34,520 nt of DNA from NCBI GenBank assembly GCA_041288095.1, contig JBGGMJ010000148.1, forward strand, positions 1-34,520, in the 5' to 3' direction. Shown here one piece after another: positions 18,643-26,491 of the stretch (position 1 is the first letter of the stretch; each line of letters starts with the position of its first letter). The DNA is from Myxococcota bacterium (lineage in GTDB: Bacteria > Myxococcota > XYA12-FULL-58-9 > JALHOP01). The position numbers and the translations under genes were made by a program. Below the pieces are notes generated by a model. That model did no database searches, was not told the DNA's origin, and was given only the letters and a program-made list of their open reading frames with translations.

Positions 18643-18670
18643 TTATCGACCGTTCGGACCCATTTGATGT
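18643..18670 (-). promoter_or_regulatory. sigma28-like promoter ACATC-N15-GTCGATAA
   Basis: 24 nt upstream of ATG 18618. Confidence 0.55.
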
Positions 18671-18696
18671 GTCCCCGGGGATGCCAGCGGTGTTTT

Positions 18697-18719
18697 GGGT
18701 GGGGCGACTAGACCCACCC
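18697..18719. terminator. GC-rich hairpin GGGTGGG…CCCACCC downstream of the coiled-coil gene
   Basis: 7-bp perfect stem; no U-tract in the minus direction, so terminator function is uncertain. Confidence 0.3.
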
Positions 18720-18736
18720 GGGGCCCGTGCGGGCGC

Positions 18737-19699
18737 TCAGCGCATGTCTTTGAGGATGCTGCCCAGTAGCTCGTGGCTCGATTTCAGGACGCGGAGGGCT
18801 TCCCGCATCGCGGCTTGCCATTCGTCGTCGCTGAGCCGGCCCTTCAGGAGATCGGCGATGCAACGACCGGCGAGCGAGACCGATTGAGCGAGCTCCTCGA
18901 CGTCGCCGACGGTAAGCAGGGGCGGCGGCGGCGGGGTGCCTTTTTCGCGCTCGACCGCCTCGCGCTCCGCCCGTTCAGCGCGTTCCGCCCGCTCCTCGAG
19001 CTCGCGCTCGCGTAACGCTTGCTCTTTCGCGGTCTCTTGCTCGCGGCGTGTGTGCTCCTGCAGCGCCGCGCGCTCGCGGCGGGCGTGCTCCTCGACGGCT
19101 TCGCGTTCGCGTCTCGCGGCTTCGTCGCGCGCCATGGCCTCGCGCTTGGCGGCTTCCTGGCGGGCCTCGGCCTCGCGGCGATCCGCGTCATCGCGAGCCT
19201 GTTGCTCGCGCAACGCCGCTTCTTGCAGCGCCTCCTGCTCGCGGCGCATCTGCTCGCGCAGCGCCTCTTGCACGCGGTTGTGATAGGCCTCGACCTCCTG
19301 CTTCTTGGTTTGCAGGAAGGCGTTTAGCTTCTTGACGCTCGCCTCGGCTGCATCGCGCAGCTCTTTTTCGCGCTGGGCTTCCTGGCGCGCTTCGTCGAGC
19401 TCGGTTTCCTTGGCTGCCCAGACCTCGCGAATGCTCTGCATGCGCTCTTCGAGGGCGCGGACCTTCTTGCGCAGGATGGCGATCTTCTCTTCGCCGCTGG
19501 TGCGGCCGAGCTGGTCTTCCCCTTCGACGCGGATGGGGTCGAACAGCTTGTTCGGGGGCACGTCCTTCTTTTGAGGCTTTGGGCGCGGTGGTGGCGGCGC
19601 TGCGTCCGCTCGCGCGGACGCAGCCGATGCCTGCTGAACCTCGTTCAGCAAGTCCAGGACGCCCTCGAGCTCCTGGGTGGCTGTCCGGTCACGCGCCAT
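18737..19699 (-). CDS. Cytoplasmic coiled-coil protein with 11-aa tandem repeats
   Basis: E/R/A/Q-rich helix between two Pro-rich linkers. TACATT -10-like box 6 nt before ATG suggests a leaderless transcript. Confidence 0.8.
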   Translation of the reverse strand: MARDRTATQELEGVLDLLNEVQQASAASARADAAPPPPRPKPQKKDVPPNKLFDPIRVEGEDQLGRTSGEEKIAILRKKVRALEERMQSIREVWAAKETELDEARQEAQREKELRDAAEASVKKLNAFLQTKKQEVEAYHNRVQEALREQMRREQEALQEAALREQQARDDADRREAEARQEAAKREAMARDEAARREREAVEEHARRERAALQEHTRREQETAKEQALRERELEERAERAERAEREAVEREKGTPPPPPLLTVGDVEELAQSVSLAGRCIADLLKGRLSDDEWQAAMREALRVLKSSHELLGSILKDMR

Positions 19700-19737
19700 G
19701 GGTCGAATGTACCGGCCGCGAGCCGGGAGACCAAGTC

Positions 19738-20481
19738 TCAGGCGCCGGCGGGGGCTCTTTCGCGCCTCGCGGTCTTCGCTCCTTTGCGGGCTCGGATGTT
19801 GAGCAGCTCGACACCCAGGGCGAACGCGATGCCGAAGTAGATGTAGCCGCGATTGACGTGCTGGCCGAGAGCCTCAGCGACCAACATGACGCCGATCAGT
19901 AGCAGGAAGGCGAGGGCGAGGATCTTCATGCTCGGATGTCGCTCGACGAAACGGGATACCGCGCCCGAGAACGCCACCATCACGATCACCGCGATGATGA
20001 CGGCTGTCATCATGACCTCGATCCGCTGCGCCATACCGACGGCCGTGATGACCGAGTCGAGTGAGAACACCAGATCCAAGGCGAGAATCTGGATGATGGC
20101 GCTGGTGAAGCCGCCGGCGCTCGCTTTCGGCTCCTCGGGCTCCGTCTCGGTGCGGGCGAAGATCTCGTGCGTCGACTTGGCGAGCAGGAAAAGACCGCCA
20201 CCCGCCAGGATGAAGTCACGGCCCGAGAAGGCGTGCCCGAGGATCTCCGGCGTCAGCGGCTTCGTCAGGGCCATCATCGCGTTGATGGCTCCGAGGAGCG
20301 CGAGACGCCCAACGAGTGCCGCGCCCAAGCCGATGAAGCGGGCGCGTTTCTGCTGCGCTTGCGGCAGGCGGCCGACGAGGATGGCCACGAACACGACATT
20401 GTCGATGCCGAGGACAATTTCGAGAGCGGTGAGGGCAGCGAGGCTTACCCAGGTCTGCGGGTCGGTGAGGAGCTCTTGCAC
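19738..20481 (-). CDS. TerC family membrane protein
   Basis: LEIVLGIDN, GGLFLLAKSTHEI, DLVFSLDSVITAVGM, F..RHP..K.LAL.FL.LIG. Confidence 0.94.
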   Translation of the reverse strand: MQELLTDPQTWVSLAALTALEIVLGIDNVVFVAILVGRLPQAQQKRARFIGLGAALVGRLALLGAINAMMALTKPLTPEILGHAFSGRDFILAGGGLFLLAKSTHEIFARTETEPEEPKASAGGFTSAIIQILALDLVFSLDSVITAVGMAQRIEVMMTAVIIAVIVMVAFSGAVSRFVERHPSMKILALAFLLLIGVMLVAEALGQHVNRGYIYFGIAFALGVELLNIRARKGAKTARRERAPAGA

Positions 20482-20513
20482 GGCGCTAATGTGAGTCGTG
20501 TGGTGCCGCTCGG

Positions 20514-22049
20514 CTAGCCGACACGCGCCTCGACGCGTTGCGCGTGCTCGACCGTCGTGCCTCCCACGAGCACGTGCGTGACCTTGCCGGCGGCATCGCG
20601 CAGGAAGAAGAACTCCTCGTCGTTGTCGCCGCTACGCGTGTCGCCGATGCCGACAAAGGTGTCCTTCTTGTCGGGGACCGGCGTGAGCGTTGCGCCCGGT
20701 TGGAAGACCAGGTCGCCGCTCGCGTTGGTGGTGAGGGTGCGCTTGGCGCCGCCGCCGCGTTGGTAGAGCCCCATCAGCTCGGCCCAAGCCGGGTCGCGCG
20801 GTTCCGCGCCCTTGGGTGGCGCCGAGCGGGCAACGTCGACGAGCTCGGCAAGGATGATATCGACAGCGCGGTTCTGTTGCAGGCTCCAGTCGTTGGTCAG
20901 CGCCACGACGCCGAAGGAGCCGTCGGTGGTCATGCGCATGACGCTCGCGAAGCCGAGACCGCTGCCGGTGTGACCGAAGGCACGGGTGCCGAACTTGAGC
21001 GCCAGCGTCAGCAGCCCGTAGCCGAACTGCGAGTCCTGGGTCTCGTCGATCGCCGCGGTCTTGCGCATGGTGGCGACGCTCGCGGGCGACAGCACACCGG
21101 GCGTGCTCGCGGGATCACGGAGGAAGCCGATCCAACGCGCCACGTCGAGGGCCGTGGACTTGCAACCCGATGCCGCGCCCATGGCGCCGGGTGTCCGCAA
21201 TAGCGGCACGGCGGCGCGCTCGACCTTGTCGCCGTTGGTGAAGGGCGGCTCGTAACCCATGGCGCAGCGCTTGAGCTTGGCGTCGTCGAGCGTGAAGCCC
21301 GTGTCGTGCATGCCGAGCGGCTTCAAGATGTGGTTTGCGACGTAGCTCTCGTAAGGCTCGCCCGAAACGCGGCTGACGATCTCGCCGAGGAGCATGAAGC
21401 TCAGATTCGAGTACTTCACGCCCTTGTCCGGGTTCGGCAGCACCCGCGCTTTCGGTAGCTGCTCGGCGACTTCGGCCCATGTCGGCCACGAGCCGCGCTC
21501 CCAGAACTGGCCCGGTTGCCAATAGGCGAGCGCCGCGTCACGGCTGAGCCGGCCGGTGTGCGACAGGAGCTGGTGCACGGTGATGCTGGCGACCAAGTCC
21601 TTGCGGCCGCCAACGCGCGCGAACTCCGGCACGAGGTCTACCACCTTCGCGTCGAGCGACAGCTTACCGCGCTCGACGAGCTGCATGATGGCGGCAGCGG
21701 TGAGCGACTTGCTCATGGAGTTGATGCTGTAGAGCGTGTCGTTCGAGGTGGACTCGCCGGTCTCGAGGTTCTTGAAGCCGAGGGCGCCGTTGTGAACGAG
21801 ACGGCCTTCGAAGAGCACCGCGTACTGGACGCTGGGCGGCGCCGCCGACTTTCCGAGCCACGCCTCGAGCTTGGCTTCGGCGTTGCGCATGGCGTCGCGC
21901 ACGGTAGGGCGCACGAGCGCCGGACGCGGGTCCTTGATGCGGCGGATTTCCCCCGGCGCGCTCGGCACGTCTTGGTTGCGCGCGGTGGGAACGGCGGCCG
22001 GCTGAAGCCGCGGTGCGGCCGAAGCGGAGAGATTGCCTAGGATGTTCAT
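20514..22049 (-). CDS. Serine hydrolase, beta-lactamase/AmpC-like family, with extra C-terminal domain
   Basis: SxxK (SMSK), LLSHT, YSN, LKPLGM.DT, GHTG. No signal peptide; start ATG 22049 (MNILGNLS…). Confidence 0.9.
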   Translation of the reverse strand: MNILGNLSASAAPRLQPAAVPTARNQDVPSAPGEIRRIKDPRPALVRPTVRDAMRNAEAKLEAWLGKSAAPPSVQYAVLFEGRLVHNGALGFKNLETGESTSNDTLYSINSMSKSLTAAAIMQLVERGKLSLDAKVVDLVPEFARVGGRKDLVASITVHQLLSHTGRLSRDAALAYWQPGQFWERGSWPTWAEVAEQLPKARVLPNPDKGVKYSNLSFMLLGEIVSRVSGEPYESYVANHILKPLGMHDTGFTLDDAKLKRCAMGYEPPFTNGDKVERAAVPLLRTPGAMGAASGCKSTALDVARWIGFLRDPASTPGVLSPASVATMRKTAAIDETQDSQFGYGLLTLALKFGTRAFGHTGSGLGFASVMRMTTDGSFGVVALTNDWSLQQNRAVDIILAELVDVARSAPPKGAEPRDPAWAELMGLYQRGGGAKRTLTTNASGDLVFQPGATLTPVPDKKDTFVGIGDTRSGDNDEEFFFLRDAAGKVTHVLVGGTTVEHAQRVEARVG

Positions 22050-22059
22050 GAGGCGCCGT

Positions 22060-22086
22060 TTATCGGCGTTGGCCGGCGAACGGTGT
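22060..22086 (-). promoter_or_regulatory. sigma28-like promoter ACACC-N14-GCCGATAA
   Basis: Perfect -10 box, 10 nt before ATG 22049. Confidence 0.65.
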
Positions 22087-22104
22087 GTCAGGGCCGGTGA
22101 CGCT

Positions 22105-23361
22105 CTAGCGTGTCTCGGGTGTCGCCAGCAGGCCGACCAGCGTGAGCCCCGCCGCGGCCGACAGGTAGTAACCGACATAGGCGAGCCCGAACGTCCCCGC
22201 GAGCCAAGTCGCGATGTAGGGCGCGAACGAAGCGCCGAAGATGCCGGCGAGGTTGAAGGTGAGCGAGCTGCCGGTATAGCGCACGGCGGGTGGGAACATC
22301 TCGGAGAGCACGGTGCCTAGTGGCCCATAGGTGAGTCCCATGAGCGTGAGGCCGATGATCATGGTGAGCAGCGCGCCGATGGTACCGGCGGTGAAGAGAG
22401 GAGCGAGAACGAGCCCGAACGTAGCGATGCCGAGCGACGCGGTGATCAAGACGCGCCGGCGCCCGCGCTCGGCGAAGTGCGCCGACAGAGGGATGGCGAT
22501 GGCGAAGAAGACCATGCCCGCGAGCTGCATGACGAGGAACGACTCGCGCGAGTGACCGAGCACTGTCGTGCCGTACGAAAGACAAAACACCGTCATCAGA
22601 TAGAAGATGACGAAGGTCGCGAGCGACGTTAAGACGCCGGCGGCGACGAGGCGAGGGTGGTCGCGCAGGACCGCGATGATCGGGATCTTCACGCGCTCGC
22701 CACGATGCATCGCCTCGCGAAAGACCGGCGTTTCGCCGAGCGTCATGCGCACGTAGAGACCGACCAACACGAGCAGGCAGCTCGAGACGAATGGAATGCG
22801 CCAGCCGAAGGCGAAGAATTGCTCGTCGGTGAGCAAGCGCGACAGCAGCAGGAACGAGCCACCCGAAAGCACGAAGCCGAGCGGCGCTCCCAGCTGCGGG
22901 AACATGCCGTACCAGGCGCGCTTGCCCGGCGGCGCGTTCTCGACCGCGAGCAACACGGCGCCGCCCCATTCACCGCCGAGCCCGAGACCCTGGCCGAAGC
23001 GGCACAAGGCGAGCAGGGCGGGCGCGGCGATGCCGATGACCTCGTACGACGGCAAGAGGCCGATGACGACGGTCGACAGGCCCATCGTCAGCAGCGCCGC
23101 CACCAAAGTGGCTTTGCGGCCGATGCGGTCGCCGAAGTGTCCGAAGAGCGCGGAGCCGATGGGGCGTGCGATGAACGCTATAGCGAACGTCGCGAGCGAG
23201 GCCAGCGTCGCCGTCGCCGGCTCGGAGGACGGGAAGAACAGCTTGGGAAACACCAGGACCGCGGCGGTCGCGTAGATGTAGAAGTCGAAGAACTCGATCG
23301 TCGTGCCGGCGAGGCTCGCAAAGAGCACTTGGTGCGGACGATTGAGCGTTGGTTGAGCCAC
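22105..23361 (-). CDS. MFS transporter, metabolite:H+ symporter (MHS) family
   Basis: GTTIEFFDFYIY, RPIGSALFGHFGDRIGRK, QGLGLGGEWGGA, GWRIPF, ETPVF. Probable GTG start 23361. Confidence 0.93.
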   Translation of the reverse strand: MAQPTLNRPHQVLFASLAGTTIEFFDFYIYATAAVLVFPKLFFPSSEPATATLASLATFAIAFIARPIGSALFGHFGDRIGRKATLVAALLTMGLSTVVIGLLPSYEVIGIAAPALLALCRFGQGLGLGGEWGGAVLLAVENAPPGKRAWYGMFPQLGAPLGFVLSGGSFLLLSRLLTDEQFFAFGWRIPFVSSCLLVLVGLYVRMTLGETPVFREAMHRGERVKIPIIAVLRDHPRLVAAGVLTSLATFVIFYLMTVFCLSYGTTVLGHSRESFLVMQLAGMVFFAIAIPLSAHFAERGRRRVLITASLGIATFGLVLAPLFTAGTIGALLTMIIGLTLMGLTYGPLGTVLSEMFPPAVRYTGSSLTFNLAGIFGASFAPYIATWLAGTFGLAYVGYYLSAAAGLTLVGLLATPETR

Positions 23362-23436
23362 GTGGCGATCTAACGAGACGCGCGTCGCGAAGCCAGCGCC
23401 GCTGTCAACGGGGTGCCGCCCCGTCACCGGCGCTCG

Positions 23437-23464
23437 GCAACGACGCGTTGGCCAACCGCGATAA
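23437..23464 (+). promoter_or_regulatory. sigma28-like promoter GCAAC-N15-CGCGATAA
   Basis: 10 nt before ATG 23475. Confidence 0.65.
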
Positions 23465-23474
23465 CGCCGGCCTC

Positions 23475-24137
23475 ATGGCCCAGCTCGACTTCTGCAGGTC
23501 CGCGGCAATTGCCCACGTGCACCAACGCATTGAGGCCGGTGTCATCCCTGCCGGCGAAATCGTCGCGGTTGGAGATGTCTCGGTTACCGGCCGCGTCCCG
23601 GAAGCCGTCGCGACCGCCGAAGCCTTGATCGCGGACTTCAAGCGCGAGCACGCAGGCACGGAGGCGTCGTCCCCCACGCAGCCAGTCGCGGCCCAAGAAG
23701 GTTCCTGGTCGCATCGCTTCGGTCGCTTTGCCCAAGCGGTCGACCGCTACTTGCCCGACACCGAAGTGAAGGAACGCATCGTCGTCCGCGTGCGGCACGC
23801 CACGGGCGAAGCGACCTATCCCGTCGACGTCACTGATCCCTTCGCGACCAGCGCCGCACGGCAGGCGGCGCAGACGACCCTGTTCGCCGGCGCGGCTCCC
23901 TTCGTCGGCCCAGGGGTCATCTTCGCCGGCGCCGCCATGTGCTGGAAGCGCTCACGCGAGGACGCCGACGCGAACACACGGATCGCCATGAAGCGCACCG
24001 CGACCAAGCTGGGCGCGCTCAGCGTGTTGCGCATGCTGCCGGTGACCGAGCCGATGTGCTTGATCCTCGGCGGCACCGAGCTCGCGGCGAAGCGCGCCTT
24101 GCAGCAGCGCGCGAGCTACACGAGCGACGGCGCCTAA
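23475..24137 (+). CDS. Hypothetical protein with C-terminal hydrophobic segments
   Basis: Fills the gap between the MFS and lipoprotein genes; motif-associated ATG. Confidence 0.65.
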   Translation: MAQLDFCRSAAIAHVHQRIEAGVIPAGEIVAVGDVSVTGRVPEAVATAEALIADFKREHAGTEASSPTQPVAAQEGSWSHRFGRFAQAVDRYLPDTEVKERIVVRVRHATGEATYPVDVTDPFATSAARQAAQTTLFAGAAPFVGPGVIFAGAAMCWKRSREDADANTRIAMKRTATKLGALSVLRMLPVTEPMCLILGGTELAAKRALQQRASYTSDGA

Positions 24138-24147
24138 CGCCGGGCCG

Positions 24148-24690
24148 CTACAAGACGAAGAGTCTGTCCGCGACGAAGTCGTCGGAATACCCCGGATTGA
24201 AGCCACAGGTCGCCTCGACTTCGGGGGCTTCCACCTCGGCAACGGTGCCGCTCAGGATGACCGACAGTGACGCGAAGCTCATGCCGGCCTCGAGCTCGCA
24301 GCCGTCACCATCGAGGGACTCCGATGCATGCAGCGTCGCGTCGACGAGCAGCACGCGCGCGGTGACCGAGCTCTCGCAGTCGCTGGAGAATGCAACACCC
24401 TCCTGAAAGCCGTCCTCATCGAGCCGGCGCAGGCTGTCATCGTCGTAGACCACGTACCCAAACGGCTTGTCGAAGGACTCGCTCAGCAGGAACTTCGTGC
24501 CGGCCGGAATGCGCTCCGAGCCCGACCATTGGCTCTGGCCGATCCAGCGCATCGCCGCGTGCTCGGCGAGCAGGGTCCCGGTGCAATAGCCGGTGAAGAT
24601 CTGCACGCTGGCCGGGTCGATTGGCTCTGGGTCGCTGGAACAAGCGACGGACAGGAAAGCGATGGCTGCGGCGACAATGGTCAGTCTCAT
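24148..24690 (-). CDS. Putative lipoprotein
   Basis: MRLTIVAAAIAFLSVA-C lipobox; AAGGGGG RBS. Confidence 0.8.
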   Translation of the reverse strand: MRLTIVAAAIAFLSVACSSDPEPIDPASVQIFTGYCTGTLLAEHAAMRWIGQSQWSGSERIPAGTKFLLSESFDKPFGYVVYDDDSLRRLDEDGFQEGVAFSSDCESSVTARVLLVDATLHASESLDGDGCELEAGMSFASLSVILSGTVAEVEAPEVEATCGFNPGYSDDFVADRLFVL

Positions 24691-24783
24691 GAAATCCCCC
24701 TTGTGGCGCGCAGTTCGCCAGAAAGCGGCTCGAAGGCAAGTGACACACGGATCCAATCGAGCGGCGCGGACGCCGGCGGCGCG

Positions 24784-24789
24784 TATAAT
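24784..24789 (+). promoter_or_regulatory. sigma70-type -10 box TATAAT
   Basis: Perfect hexamer in GC-rich intergenic DNA, 43 nt before ATG 24833. Confidence 0.55.
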
Positions 24790-24832
24790 GACGAGCGCAG
24801 TCTCACCCCTGTCTCTTTCGAGGAGCCCTCTC

Positions 24833-25303
24833 ATGGCCCGCTCACGCGTAGCGTCACGTCTTGGTATGCTGATCCTTGCTGGCGCGCTAACGCCTGCATT
24901 CGCTGCATGCGGCAACAAGACCTACACCAAAGGCGGGACCCCGGTGCTGATCCCGATGCCGCCGGACCGGAATGACGACCGGAACGACGATCGGTCCGCC
25001 CGACAGCTGCCACCCGACAACCAGCCCGATAGTCGCGAAACGCAGACGCGGCCGGTCGTGGTCGCGGACTCCCCCTCGAGCGCACCAGCGGCCGAGTCGG
25101 CTCCCGCGACGAATCACGGGCAGGAGCGCGCGGCCGAAGTGCATGAGCGCAACGAGGAGCGAAAGGCCGAGCACGACAGCGCCAGCGAGGTGAAGCAAGA
25201 CGACAACGCCGCCGTCGCCGGGAGCGCCCATGACAAGAGCGACGACAAAGGCAAGTCGAAGGGCAAGGGGAAGGGTAAAGGCAAAGGCAAGAAGGGCAAC
25301 TGA
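24833..25303 (+). CDS. Putative disordered lipoprotein with (KG)n C-terminal tail
   Basis: GAGGAG RBS; …AFAA-C lipobox; ends KGKSKGKGKGKGKGKKGN. Confidence 0.75.
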   Translation: MARSRVASRLGMLILAGALTPAFAACGNKTYTKGGTPVLIPMPPDRNDDRNDDRSARQLPPDNQPDSRETQTRPVVVADSPSSAPAAESAPATNHGQERAAEVHERNEERKAEHDSASEVKQDDNAAVAGSAHDKSDDKGKSKGKGKGKGKGKKGN

Positions 25304-25317
25304 CCCGATCGATTGCC

Positions 25318-26223
25318 TTAGCCGGGCGCACCAAAGCCGTAGACGTCGCGGAAGCTCGAGTCGCGCGAAGCGGCGGGTACGCGTTGGTTGCTCACGACCT
25401 CGTCGAGCCCCCGCGTGATCTCGATGCGCACGTTCGGTCGCTGGCGGTGGATATGACCGCGGATCGCTTCCGCCAGATCTTGGCGCGCGGGCACTGGCAC
25501 GCGGCGCAACGCCGTCCACAAGGCGTCGATGTCCCACATGCCCATCGGGCTCGAGATGAGGCTCGCGATCAATTGAACATCGCGTCCCAACCGTGGCAGC
25601 GCCTCGCTTTGGCAGCGCGCGATTGCGGCATCGAGCACCGCTCGACTCTCCTGAGTCAACGCTCCCTTCGCTTCGCAGCGCGCACGCCAGCGCTCGAGGA
25701 TGTGACAGAGACGGGCCTTGTCGGTGCCGTCCGCTGCAGCCATCCGATCGAGCATCGACTTCAAGTCATGCGACTTGATCCTCGTGTGGTTGGCACGTTG
25801 GATTCTCATTTCACCGACGGCTCGCAGAACGGCACCCGTCGCGGCTCGCACGCCCAGGAGCGCGATGCTCGCGGGCACCAGAACGAACACGATTGCGAGG
25901 GAGACGCCCTGCCATCCGCCCGTCGCGAGGCCGGCTCCCACGCTCAGCAGGGCGGCGGACCCTTGGGCGATGCGGTCGAAGCTGTCGGCCCATACTTCGC
26001 GGTGCGTGTAGTTTTTGGCGAATGACGTGGTGAAGTCGTCGTCGATGAAGCCCGCTACGCCGCGCGTCAATCTCGCGAAGTCCGCTGCAGCGGTCTTGTG
26101 ATCGCGCAGAGCGCCCCGCAGCAGCTGCGCCATGTCCGCTTGCGCGGGCACGGTGCCCGAGGCGACAGCGCTCGCTTGGAGGCCGAAGCATTGGCTCGTC
26201 GCGTTCGCTGTCGCGCCACTCAT
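25318..26223 (-). CDS. Hypothetical protein with central hydrophobic hairpin
   Basis: AALLSVGAGLATGGWQGVSLAIVFVLVPASIALLGV; Ser/Ala/Thr-rich N-terminus; no Sec signal. Confidence 0.7.
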   Translation of the reverse strand: MSGATANATSQCFGLQASAVASGTVPAQADMAQLLRGALRDHKTAAADFARLTRGVAGFIDDDFTTSFAKNYTHREVWADSFDRIAQGSAALLSVGAGLATGGWQGVSLAIVFVLVPASIALLGVRAATGAVLRAVGEMRIQRANHTRIKSHDLKSMLDRMAAADGTDKARLCHILERWRARCEAKGALTQESRAVLDAAIARCQSEALPRLGRDVQLIASLISSPMGMWDIDALWTALRRVPVPARQDLAEAIRGHIHRQRPNVRIEITRGLDEVVSNQRVPAASRDSSFRDVYGFGAPG

Positions 26224-26230
26224 ATCGAGC

Positions 26231-26259
26231 TTATCGCCCAACCCGACGTTTCGACCTGC
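26231..26259 (-). promoter_or_regulatory. sigma28-like promoter variant GCAGG-N16-GGCGATAA
   Basis: 7 nt before ATG 26223. Confidence 0.5.
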
Positions 26260-26301
26260 CCGCCCGCCCTGGTGCCTTGGCGTCAGGGGGCGAGACTGAG
26301 G

Positions 26302-26375
26302 CGCGCGATGCAGGATTTGAACCTGCGGCCTATAGCTCCGGAGGCTATCGCTCTATCCAGCTGAGCTAATCGCGC
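26302..26375 (-). tRNA. tRNA-Arg (anticodon CCG)
   Basis: Acceptor stem GCGCGAT/ATCGCGC, D-arm AGCTCAGCTGGATAGAGC, anticodon arm ATAGC-CTCCGGA-GCTAT, T-arm GCAGG-TTCAAAT-CCTGC. Followed by CCT, so the CCA end is not fully encoded. Confidence 0.97.
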
Positions 26376-26431
26376 GTGGGGCCGGGGTGTAGTCGACGGC
26401 GGCGCCGGTGTCTAGGGCGAGGTTGAAACGC

Positions 26432-26458
26432 GCAACTTCTGCCGCACCATGTCGAAAA
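26432..26458 (+). promoter_or_regulatory. sigma28-like promoter GCAAC-N14-GTCGAAAA
   Basis: 33 nt before ATG 26492. Confidence 0.6.
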
Positions 26459-26491
26459 CCCGATCATAGATATTTCAGGGATGTGTGCGTC

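Noticed and set aside
19738..20481. terC as part of a tellurite-resistance or anti-phage ter operon
   Set aside because: Solitary gene with no terA/B/D/Z neighbours; fits the common stand-alone TerC type.
20514..22049. Calling the serine hydrolase an antibiotic-resistance beta-lactamase
   Set aside because: No signal peptide and an HTG rather than KTG motif; family membership alone does not imply resistance.
26268..26289. Hairpin downstream of the tRNA as a terminator
   Set aside because: Pairs poorly in the tRNA (minus) orientation and has no U-tract.
26268..26400. tRNA-Arg as integration site of a genomic island
   Set aside because: No integrase, no duplicated tRNA 3' end and no evident compositional boundary in the window.
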